DNA from: Candidatus Calescibacterium sp. | GTDB lineage: Bacteria > Calescibacteriota > Calescibacteriia > Calescibacteriales > Calescibacteriaceae | Reading direction: 5' to 3' | NCBI GenBank assembly: GCA_032249135.1 | Contig: JAVVGL010000025.1 | Span: 1-24,788, forward strand | Length of the DNA: 24,788 nt | Shown: positions 1 through 7,245 of the stretch, in pieces | How the letters are laid out: every line of letters begins with the position of its first letter | Numbering within the stretch: position 1 is the stretch's first letter | Translations under genes and position numbers: made by a program | Notes under the pieces: model-generated | Told to the model about the DNA's origin: nothing | Databases searched by the model: none | Seen by the model: only the letters and a program-made list of their open reading frames with translations

Positions 1-444
1 GTTATGGTTGAGCAAGGAAAAGGAGGAAGTATAATAAATATGACCTCTGTTGCAGGAATATTGGGGAACTGGGGACAATGTAATTTTGCAGCTGCAAAAG
101 CAGGGCTTATAGGTCTGACGAAAACTTGGACAGTTGAATTTGCAAAGTACGGAATAAGAGCAAACCTTATAGCTCCCACTGCAAGAACAAGAATAACAAA
201 AACCCTACCAATATCAAGAGCAGGTGAAGAGGATGAAGATAGGTTTAGTCCAAAACATGTTGCTCCTGTTGCTGCGTTTTTGCTTTCAGACCTTTCAAAA
301 GAAATTAACGGCTCACTCATTGCAGTATATGGAACAAAACTTTTCACATATCACATAGTAACGACCGAAGGAGTTTCAAAGAAAACAATTTGGACACCTT
401 ATGAGATAAAAGAAAAAATAAGGGAAATCTTTGAAATTGTTTAA
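1..444 (+). CDS. Short-chain dehydrogenase/reductase (FabG/MFE-2-like), 5'-truncated by window edge
   Basis: Frame open from base 1. SIINMTSVAGILGNWGQCNFAAAKAGLIGLT and GIRANLIAP are classical SDR C-half motifs; the Rossmann GxxxGxG lies upstream of the window. YxxxK reads FxxxK. Confidence 0.9.
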   Translation, partial: VMVEQGKGGSIINMTSVAGILGNWGQCNFAAAKAGLIGLTKTWTVEFAKYGIRANLIAPTARTRITKTLPISRAGEEDEDRFSPKHVAPVAAFLLSDLSKEINGSLIAVYGTKLFTYHIVTTEGVSKKTIWTPYEIKEKIREIFEIV

Positions 445-506
445 CTAAAAATATTTGCAAAAAAACACAAAAACTTTTTCAAAAAATGATTACTATTTTT
501 TCTACT

Positions 507-2495
507 ATGGCGCAGAAAAATATAAAAGTAAAGAACATAAAAAAATGGCTTTGCAGTTTATTCGCAATATCCTTGACCTTCCTTATTTCCTCATGCGGAG
601 GTAAATCAGAAGATAAGAATAAAACTAACGGAACAAACCAACCTCAACTTTCTCCCGAAGCTCAGCAAGCATTAGAGAAAATTTCAAAGATATCAGCAGA
701 TGACTCTTTGCAAGGCATAATAACTCAATATAAAGAAGCAAGAAAAATAATAGCTGAAAGAATACAAGATAAAGAGAAACCACCAACAGCTGAAGAAAAA
801 TACATATACTTTATCGCTGATACTGCCTTACTTATCCACCAGCTAATTGAAGCAACAAATATAATAATCTCCGCAGTTTTGTCTGGAAAATTAGATCCAC
901 AAACAATAATAGATATAATCAACTCAATCACTCAAGCTCCACCACAATCAAGAATTTACCCAGCGCAAACAATATCTCAAGAGAAAATAACAAATATACC
1001 ATATGGATGCGATACCCAGGGAACAACTGGCTTACTTTGCGGAGCTATTGATAATTTAATTCTTTCAAGGCTCGAAAAAAATTTAAAAATACTCCAAGAA
1101 ATAGAAAGAGAAAATCCGAACCTGAAGTTAGAGGTGAAAAGTCTCATAATAAAAATACAACTTGTGGTTATAAAATATACGCTTGATTTTGGAGGAGAAC
1201 ACGATATAGGAATGGTATATTTCTTTGAGTCATTTTTACACTTTATTGATTCTATTTTCAGGTTGGCTTTTTCGGTGAATTTCGGGAACTTAACAGTATT
1301 GGTTAATGCTGGTCGAGATATTCCAAATTATCTAAATCAGATAACACAGGCAGGATACCCTCCAATTCAAGATGACCCAATACTACATTTCGGAAGAATA
1401 ATAACCTACTTGCTTATAAGAGATCCTACTTTATTAACTCTTGCTTCTGAATTAGAAGTTGCGAGAGGAAGATATCAGCTTATTCAATCATTAGACAAAA
1501 CCCAAAAATTCATAGACCATGTAATAAACAAAAACCAAAACTCACAGAAAACAATATTTTTCTATGACACTGAAAAAGAATCAATCAAGATGAGATATAA
1601 GTTCAATCAGGAAAATAGAGAAGTAGAGCTCATGAAAAAATCAGATTTTGAAAAATTTGGAGAAAAGATAAATCTTATGCAAAACAATATAGAAAAAGGT
1701 GGAGAACCAGTATCTTTATCGCGCGATATATTTTTTGTAGCATCAGTACTTTTGGTTGGTTTCATAAAATCTGGAATAGCAGAACCAATAGTAGATATAG
1801 CAATAAACTTTGCCGATCAAGATACAGCAAAGCTAATAAGGCAATTTTTGAGTTCAGATCTTTTCCAACCATCTCTTATAGCCTCTGTTCTTGCAGGAGT
1901 ATTTGGAGATGTATTTTATCTTGATCTTGGAAAAGCTTTCTCAAATCTTATTGAAAGAAAAACGGAATACAGAAAATGGCTACCTGCTTGGACAACTTAC
2001 TATTCTGTGGATAGGCAAAATGTTATTGATAACTTTAAAAATAACTTTGTAGTAGAATGGGACTGCGGAGATGGGGAGAAAAACGCAAAACTTTATGATG
2101 ACTCAATAACTCAATTCAAAAGAGAAATGTTTGGATTAAGTTGCACTCAACCCGTTCTCCAACAGGATCCTCAACATTTTTCATCATCTCTTACATATTC
2201 AATAACTTGGAGTGTAACGGAACAGTATATTTTACCAGCAGATGGGGTTTTCTTTTCATTCCCATATATACTTTTCCAAGATCCTTCTTTTGGTGAGTTA
2301 GTTGTAATAAATAAGGCGGGTATAGTTGCTATTTCTGAGGAGAATTCACAGAAAATAGGAAGTTATCTCAGTTCTTGCGGAGTTCAAGAAGGTAAAAAAG
2401 CTTATTTTGATTTTCCTCGAGCAGGAAATTGCGCTTTAAATGCAGCTCTACAAAATATAATAGGAGGAATTTTAAAATTAGCACAAACGAGATAG
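507..2495 (+). CDS. Large hypothetical lipoprotein (~662 aa)
   Basis: Long ORF. From ATG 507 there is a basic N-region, a hydrophobic stretch and lipobox-like LISS-C (Cys codon 594-596), followed by a polar linker. No recognisable catalytic family. Alternative start at 486. Confidence 0.8.
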   Translation: MAQKNIKVKNIKKWLCSLFAISLTFLISSCGGKSEDKNKTNGTNQPQLSPEAQQALEKISKISADDSLQGIITQYKEARKIIAERIQDKEKPPTAEEKYIYFIADTALLIHQLIEATNIIISAVLSGKLDPQTIIDIINSITQAPPQSRIYPAQTISQEKITNIPYGCDTQGTTGLLCGAIDNLILSRLEKNLKILQEIERENPNLKLEVKSLIIKIQLVVIKYTLDFGGEHDIGMVYFFESFLHFIDSIFRLAFSVNFGNLTVLVNAGRDIPNYLNQITQAGYPPIQDDPILHFGRIITYLLIRDPTLLTLASELEVARGRYQLIQSLDKTQKFIDHVINKNQNSQKTIFFYDTEKESIKMRYKFNQENREVELMKKSDFEKFGEKINLMQNNIEKGGEPVSLSRDIFFVASVLLVGFIKSGIAEPIVDIAINFADQDTAKLIRQFLSSDLFQPSLIASVLAGVFGDVFYLDLGKAFSNLIERKTEYRKWLPAWTTYYSVDRQNVIDNFKNNFVVEWDCGDGEKNAKLYDDSITQFKREMFGLSCTQPVLQQDPQHFSSSLTYSITWSVTEQYILPADGVFFSFPYILFQDPSFGELVVINKAGIVAISEENSQKIGSYLSSCGVQEGKKAYFDFPRAGNCALNAALQNIIGGILKLAQTR

Positions 2496-3443
2496 TAATT
2501 TTATTTGTCCGTTTTCTATTTTTTCTGATACTAATCCCTCGTCTTGTAGCACATCAATATACCCTTGTGCTTCTGAGAATTTGAATGTCCAAAATTCATC
2601 AGGTAGATCTGGGTAGAGTAAATTCCCTATCTCATAGAGAGTTTTGGGAGATTCTGATATTATTTTCAGAACTTTCTCTTTTTGCTTTTCAACTCTTTTC
2701 CTCATTTTTGATACTACTTCTTTCACATTTGAGAAGGGTTCTAAATGTCCTGGAAAAACACAAGATATATCAAGTTCCTCAAGGATTTTAAGGCTTCTAA
2801 GCCAGTTTGGCAAATTCCTAAATCTGTCTTCTTTTTTTGGAAAGAAAAGAAGTGGAACTGGAAATCCTCGTGAGAAAATATGGTCTCCTGAAAATATAGT
2901 TCCTTCTTTTTCAATATATAAAATTATGTGTCCGGGAGTATGACCTGGGGTATGAAAAACCCTTATTTTTGTTCCTCCAAAATATATTTCATCTTGAATA
3001 GGTATAATATCTTGCTCCTCAACTTGATATTTTCTTGTGAAATATGATTTAGATTGTCTTTCAACTATAGAAAGTTTATCTTGTGGAACACCATTTTTTA
3101 TAAGGAATTCTACTGCAAATTCAGCTGCCTCTCTTCTTATTTCTTTTGGTAATTCAATTACCCTATCTTTATCTTTTTCATGAACGAATATTGGAACTTT
3201 GACTTTGTTCAGAATCTCTCTCGCATTGCCATAGTGATCGGGGTGTCCATGCGTTAGTATTATGAATTCAAGTTTTTGCCATCCTCCGCAAATATCAAAA
3301 ATAGCTTTCTCTAATTCATAAAAATTCTCTTCCGTTGGGAAGCCGGTATCAATAAGTGCAAATCTATCCCCTTCTTTTAATATAAATACATTTACCTCAA
3401 AGAAAGGCCAGGGGATTTTAAGCTTTACGCTTTTTATTTCCAT
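2478..3443 (-). CDS. MBL-fold metallo-hydrolase with probable C-terminal winged-helix domain
   Basis: LIDTG, THGHPDHYG (HxHxDH), HTPGHTPGH, FSGDH and PGH metal-ligand motifs. Confidence 0.9.
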   Translation of the reverse strand: MEIKSVKLKIPWPFFEVNVFILKEGDRFALIDTGFPTEENFYELEKAIFDICGGWQKLEFIILTHGHPDHYGNAREILNKVKVPIFVHEKDKDRVIELPKEIRREAAEFAVEFLIKNGVPQDKLSIVERQSKSYFTRKYQVEEQDIIPIQDEIYFGGTKIRVFHTPGHTPGHIILYIEKEGTIFSGDHIFSRGFPVPLLFFPKKEDRFRNLPNWLRSLKILEELDISCVFPGHLEPFSNVKEVVSKMRKRVEKQKEKVLKIISESPKTLYEIGNLLYPDLPDEFWTFKFSEAQGYIDVLQDEGLVSEKIENGQIKLLSRLC

Positions 3444-3473
3444 AACTTTATAAATTACTAAATTTTAAATTTT

Positions 3474-4574
3474 ATGCTTTTGAAGAACAAAAAAGTTGTT
3501 TTTGTTGCAATGAGTGGAGGTGTGGACTCTTCTGTCTCAGCCCTAATTTTAAAGCAGATGGGTTTTGATGTGGTAGGTGTGACATTTTTACTTTATGAAT
3601 CAAAAGTAAAAGGTGAGGGTAGAACCTGTTGTTCAGCATATGATATATCTGACGCCGAAAGGGTTGCTATGAAAATAAAAATACCATTTTATGTTATGGA
3701 CATGAGAGAAGAATTTAGAAAGTTCATAATAGAAAATTTCATCTCTGAATATAAAGCAGGAAGAACTCCGATTCCTTGTGTTCACTGCAACGATATCATA
3801 AAATTCAAGATTTTCTTTGAGAAAGCAAAAAAGCTTGGAGCAGATTTTATAGCAACTGGTCATTATGCCCTCAAAAGGCAAGAGAATGGTTATGCATACA
3901 TATCAAAAGCTTATGATAGAAAGAAAGACCAATCATATTTTTTGTTTGGATTAAAATCAGAGCAACTTAAAAATATTTTATTCCCGGTCGGGGGAATGAC
4001 AAAAGATTATGTGAGAAAAATAGCATATGATTTTGACTTGCCTACTGCAAAAAAACCAGAATCACAAGATATATGTTTCACAGAAGGTAAGGATTGGAGG
4101 GAGAAGATAAAAGAGTTTGGAGTTCAAGAGAAGAAGGGTGAAATAGTAGATATTGAATCAGGGAAAGTTGTTGGGGAACACAATGGGTATTTCTTCTTTA
4201 CGATAGGGCAGAGAAGGGGATTGAATGTGGCTTTGGGGAGACCAGTTTATGTTGTAAAGTTAGACCCTGAAAAAAACAGAGTTTTTGTGGGCAATAAAGA
4301 AAATCTTCTTGTAAGAAAATTTTTCGTTGAGAACCTTTCATTTCCAAATGAGGAAATAGAGCAAAAGTTAGAAAATGAAGGTATGGAATGTGTAGTAAAG
4401 GTAAGATATACTCACGAAGGAACTGAAGCATTTGTTCGCAAACAAGATGGAAAACTTTTGATTATTTTCAAAGAAAGATTTGGACCTGTTGTCCCAGGTC
4501 AAGCCTGTGTACTGTATAAACATGATAAAGTCTTGGGTGGAGGATTTATTTCACATGTGGAATATGAATGGTGA
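3474..4574 (+). CDS. mnmA: tRNA-specific 2-thiouridylase MnmA (CxxC type)
   Basis: AMSGGVDS PP-loop, TCCS, PIPCVHCN, ATGHY, KDQSYFL, ESQDICF, TIGQRRGL, PGQACVLY. Confidence 0.97.
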   Translation: MLLKNKKVVFVAMSGGVDSSVSALILKQMGFDVVGVTFLLYESKVKGEGRTCCSAYDISDAERVAMKIKIPFYVMDMREEFRKFIIENFISEYKAGRTPIPCVHCNDIIKFKIFFEKAKKLGADFIATGHYALKRQENGYAYISKAYDRKKDQSYFLFGLKSEQLKNILFPVGGMTKDYVRKIAYDFDLPTAKKPESQDICFTEGKDWREKIKEFGVQEKKGEIVDIESGKVVGEHNGYFFFTIGQRRGLNVALGRPVYVVKLDPEKNRVFVGNKENLLVRKFFVENLSFPNEEIEQKLENEGMECVVKVRYTHEGTEAFVRKQDGKLLIIFKERFGPVVPGQACVLYKHDKVLGGGFISHVEYEW

Positions 4575-4592
4575 TTTTTTTTGATGACTTTT

Positions 4593-4610
4593 TTTGATGA
4601 TATTATCAAA
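4593..4610. promoter_or_regulatory. Imperfect palindrome upstream of pnt genes, candidate operator
   Basis: TTTGATGATATTATCAAA matches its reverse complement at 16 of 18 positions; preceded by a tandem TTTTTTTGATGA repeat. Confidence 0.35.
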
Positions 4611-4702
4611 TAAGAAAAAATTGCAACAACAAGAATTTCTGTGAATTCCCAAAAAATCAGTAGTGAGATTTATTCTATAAAAAAGAAGGGAGGATTCTAA
4701 AA

Positions 4703-5047
4703 TTGGAAAAAGTTTTATCTCAACTTATACCAAACTTGGCGGAGCAGGTTAAGATGGGTAGTATTTTGATTGGTATTTATATTTTTTTCTTGGCAGCTTT
4801 TTTGGGTTACCACCTTATAACAAGAGTTCCTCCACTTTTGCATACTCCTCTTATGTCTTTGACTAATGCTATTTCAGCTATATCTATTGTTGGAGCTATG
4901 GTTATAGCTGGTATGAAGCACGATTTGGTCACAACGATTTTAGGAACGATAGCAGTTCTTGCAGCTTCAATAAATGTGGTAGGTGGTTACATAATAACAG
5001 AAAGAACTTTGAGAATGTTCAGAGGAAGAGGGGGTGGTAAGAAATGA
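4703..5047 (+). CDS. pntA: NAD(P) transhydrogenase alpha subunit part 2 (membrane part, PntA2/PntAb)
   Basis: VPPLLHTPLMSLTNAISA and INVVGGYIITERTLRMF signatures. GGAGG SD at 4689-4693 precedes TTG; the stop overlaps the pntB start (ATGA). Confidence 0.95.
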   Translation: MEKVLSQLIPNLAEQVKMGSILIGIYIFFLAAFLGYHLITRVPPLLHTPLMSLTNAISAISIVGAMVIAGMKHDLVTTILGTIAVLAASINVVGGYIITERTLRMFRGRGGGKK

Positions 5048-6444
5048 GTCCACAATTCATAAACTTCCTTTATTTTATTGGTGCTTTATGCTTCATTTTA
5101 GGGATAAAGGGAATGACAGATCCAAAGACTGCGCGATTAGGAAACATCATAGCAGCAGTGGGTATGCTTATTGCGATAATTGGAACTTTGCTCAAAAAAG
5201 AAATAGTAAGCTATGAGTGGATAGCTCTAGGATTCATAATTGGTGGGATAATAGGAGCGCTAATAGCTATATTTATTCCTTTAACAAGGTTGCCTGAGCG
5301 AATTGCACTTTCTCACGCTTTTGGAGGTCTTGCTGCGTCTTTGGTTGGTATAGCAAAGTACTATGAGCTCGGAGCTGAGATGGGCTCTGTTAAAATAGCT
5401 GCAATAGGCTTTGAAGTCCTTTTTGGTAGTATGACTTTTACCGGAAGTATGATGGCTTTTGGAAAGCTTGCTGAAATCTTACCTTCACCCCCAATAACAT
5501 ATAAATTCCAGAACCAGAGCAATATCCTTATATTCATGGCGACTATTGCTTTGTGGATATATCTTATTTTTAACCCTGCTGCTTCCCACTTTTTCTATAT
5601 TATGGTTGGCTTGGCTTTCCTTGTGGGAATACTCATAGTTTTACCCATAGGTGGAGCTGATATGCCAGTTGTTATTTGTCTTCTTAATTCATACGCAGGA
5701 CTTGCTGCGGCAGCAACTGGGTTTGTTCTTGAAAACTACATTCTCATAGTAGCTGGTGCTTTAGATGGTGGATCAGGTTTTATTCTGGCAATACTTATGA
5801 GCAGAGCTATGAATAGGTCCTTTGCGAATGTTCTGTTTGGAGCTTTTGGTGCAGTCACAGAAGAGAGCTTAAAAAAACAAGAAGAATTTTACGCTGGGAA
5901 AGTAAAGTCAACTACCCCGGAAGAGGTCGCATATTTGCTTGAAAATGCAAGACTTGTTATGATCGCCCCAGGATACGGTCTTGCCGTCTCTCAAGCGCAA
6001 TTTGTTCTTGGTGAATTGGCGAAAGTCCTCAAATCAAAAGGAATAGATGTCAAGTTTGCGATACATCCGGTAGCTGGTAGAATGCCAGGACATATGAATG
6101 TTTTGCTTGCGGAGGCAGGTGTCCCATACGAGGATTTGCTTGAACTTGAACCGTCAAATGCACTTTTCCCAGAAGCTGATGTAGCAATAGTTGTTGGAGC
6201 AAACGATGTTGTTAATCCGCTTGCGAGAGAAGATAAAGCAAGCCCAATAGCTGGAATGCCAATATTAGATGTAGATAAAGCGAGAACGGTTGTTGTGATA
6301 AAAAGAAGTCTTGCCCCGGGATTTGCCGGTGTTCCGAACCCCCTATTTATAAAAGAAAATACTCTGATGTTGTTTGCAGATGCAAAACAAGCCCTTCAAG
6401 AAATTCTCAACAACATAAAAGGAGTTGTATCTCGTCTTCACTGA
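5044..6444 (+). CDS. pntB: NAD(P) transhydrogenase beta subunit
   Basis: Multiple TM helices, IGGADMPVVICLLNSY, AMNRS, PGYGLAV, FAIHPVAGRMPGHMNVLLAEA, VGANDVVNP. Confidence 0.98.
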   Translation: MSPQFINFLYFIGALCFILGIKGMTDPKTARLGNIIAAVGMLIAIIGTLLKKEIVSYEWIALGFIIGGIIGALIAIFIPLTRLPERIALSHAFGGLAASLVGIAKYYELGAEMGSVKIAAIGFEVLFGSMTFTGSMMAFGKLAEILPSPPITYKFQNQSNILIFMATIALWIYLIFNPAASHFFYIMVGLAFLVGILIVLPIGGADMPVVICLLNSYAGLAAAATGFVLENYILIVAGALDGGSGFILAILMSRAMNRSFANVLFGAFGAVTEESLKKQEEFYAGKVKSTTPEEVAYLLENARLVMIAPGYGLAVSQAQFVLGELAKVLKSKGIDVKFAIHPVAGRMPGHMNVLLAEAGVPYEDLLELEPSNALFPEADVAIVVGANDVVNPLAREDKASPIAGMPILDVDKARTVVVIKRSLAPGFAGVPNPLFIKENTLMLFADAKQALQEILNNIKGVVSRLH

Positions 6445-6513
6445 AACTCAAATCAGATTCCAAAATTTTTAGTTCTCAAATTTTTTCAATAAATCAGATT
6501 ACTATGGAATGTA

Positions 6514-7245
6514 GTGGGAAAAATAAAACTTGCAGCTGAAATTATAAACAAAAGTGAATTTACTGTTGTGCTAACGGGTGCTGGTGTTTCCGCTGAATCT
6601 GGAATACCAACTTTCAGGGGACCTGATGGTCTGTGGAAAAAATACTCACCGCACCAGCTTGCAACTTATGAGGCTTTTTTGAAAAATCCAAAACTTGTGT
6701 GGGAATGGTATAGTTGGCGTAGAGAAAAAATAAAAACTGCGGAACCAAATCCTGCCCACATTTCAATTGCAAAATTGGAAACAATAAAAGAAAAATTTTA
6801 TCTCATAACTCAAAATATAGATGGACTTCACAAAAGAGCGGGTTCTCAAAAAGTAATAGAGTTTCACGGAAATATATGGAAAGAAAAATGTATAAGCTGT
6901 AATTTTAAAAGAGAAAGCTATGAAATCTATAAAGATGAACTCCCTCAGTGTCCAAAATGTGGTAACCTTTTGAGACCAGATGTTGTCTGGTTTGGAGAGC
7001 CGATTGACCATGATATTTTACAGATGTCTTTTGATTTGGTAGAAGAGGCAGATTGCGTTCTTGTTGTTGGAACATCAGCTGTTGTTTATCCTTTTGCGGG
7101 TCTTATAGAATTTTCAATAAAGTCTCAAAAAAAAGTTATAGAGGTTAATTTGGAACCAACTCCGTTTTCTGATTTATGCTATATTTCTATTCAAGGCAAA
7201 GCAGGAGAAATTTTACCTCAAATTCTAAATTATATAGTTCGGTAA
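6514..7245 (+). CDS. cobB: NAD-dependent protein deacylase, sirtuin class III
   Basis: TGAGVSAESGIPTFRG, WEWYSWRR (YxxR), TQNIDGLH, EFHG, CxxC...CxxC zinc site, RPDVVWFGE, VGTSAVVYP. Confidence 0.95.
   Translation: MGKIKLAAEIINKSEFTVVLTGAGVSAESGIPTFRGPDGLWKKYSPHQLATYEAFLKNPKLVWEWYSWRREKIKTAEPNPAHISIAKLETIKEKFYLITQNIDGLHKRAGSQKVIEFHGNIWKEKCISCNFKRESYEIYKDELPQCPKCGNLLRPDVVWFGEPIDHDILQMSFDLVEEADCVLVVGTSAVVYPFAGLIEFSIKSQKKVIEVNLEPTPFSDLCYISIQGKAGEILPQILNYIVR

Noticed and set aside
2058..2075. PKD domain in the lipoprotein
   Set aside because: Only the WDxGDG hexapeptide matches; the surrounding PKD strand pattern is not evident.
4575..4702. Rex or FNR site upstream of pnt
   Set aside because: No TTGTGAA-N4-TTCACAA; the FNR-like half-sites have a 6-nt rather than 4-nt spacer.
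6450..6500. AAATCAGATT direct repeat (6450 and 6491) between pntB and cobB
   Set aside because: A 10-nt AT-rich pair, too weak to call without conservation data.
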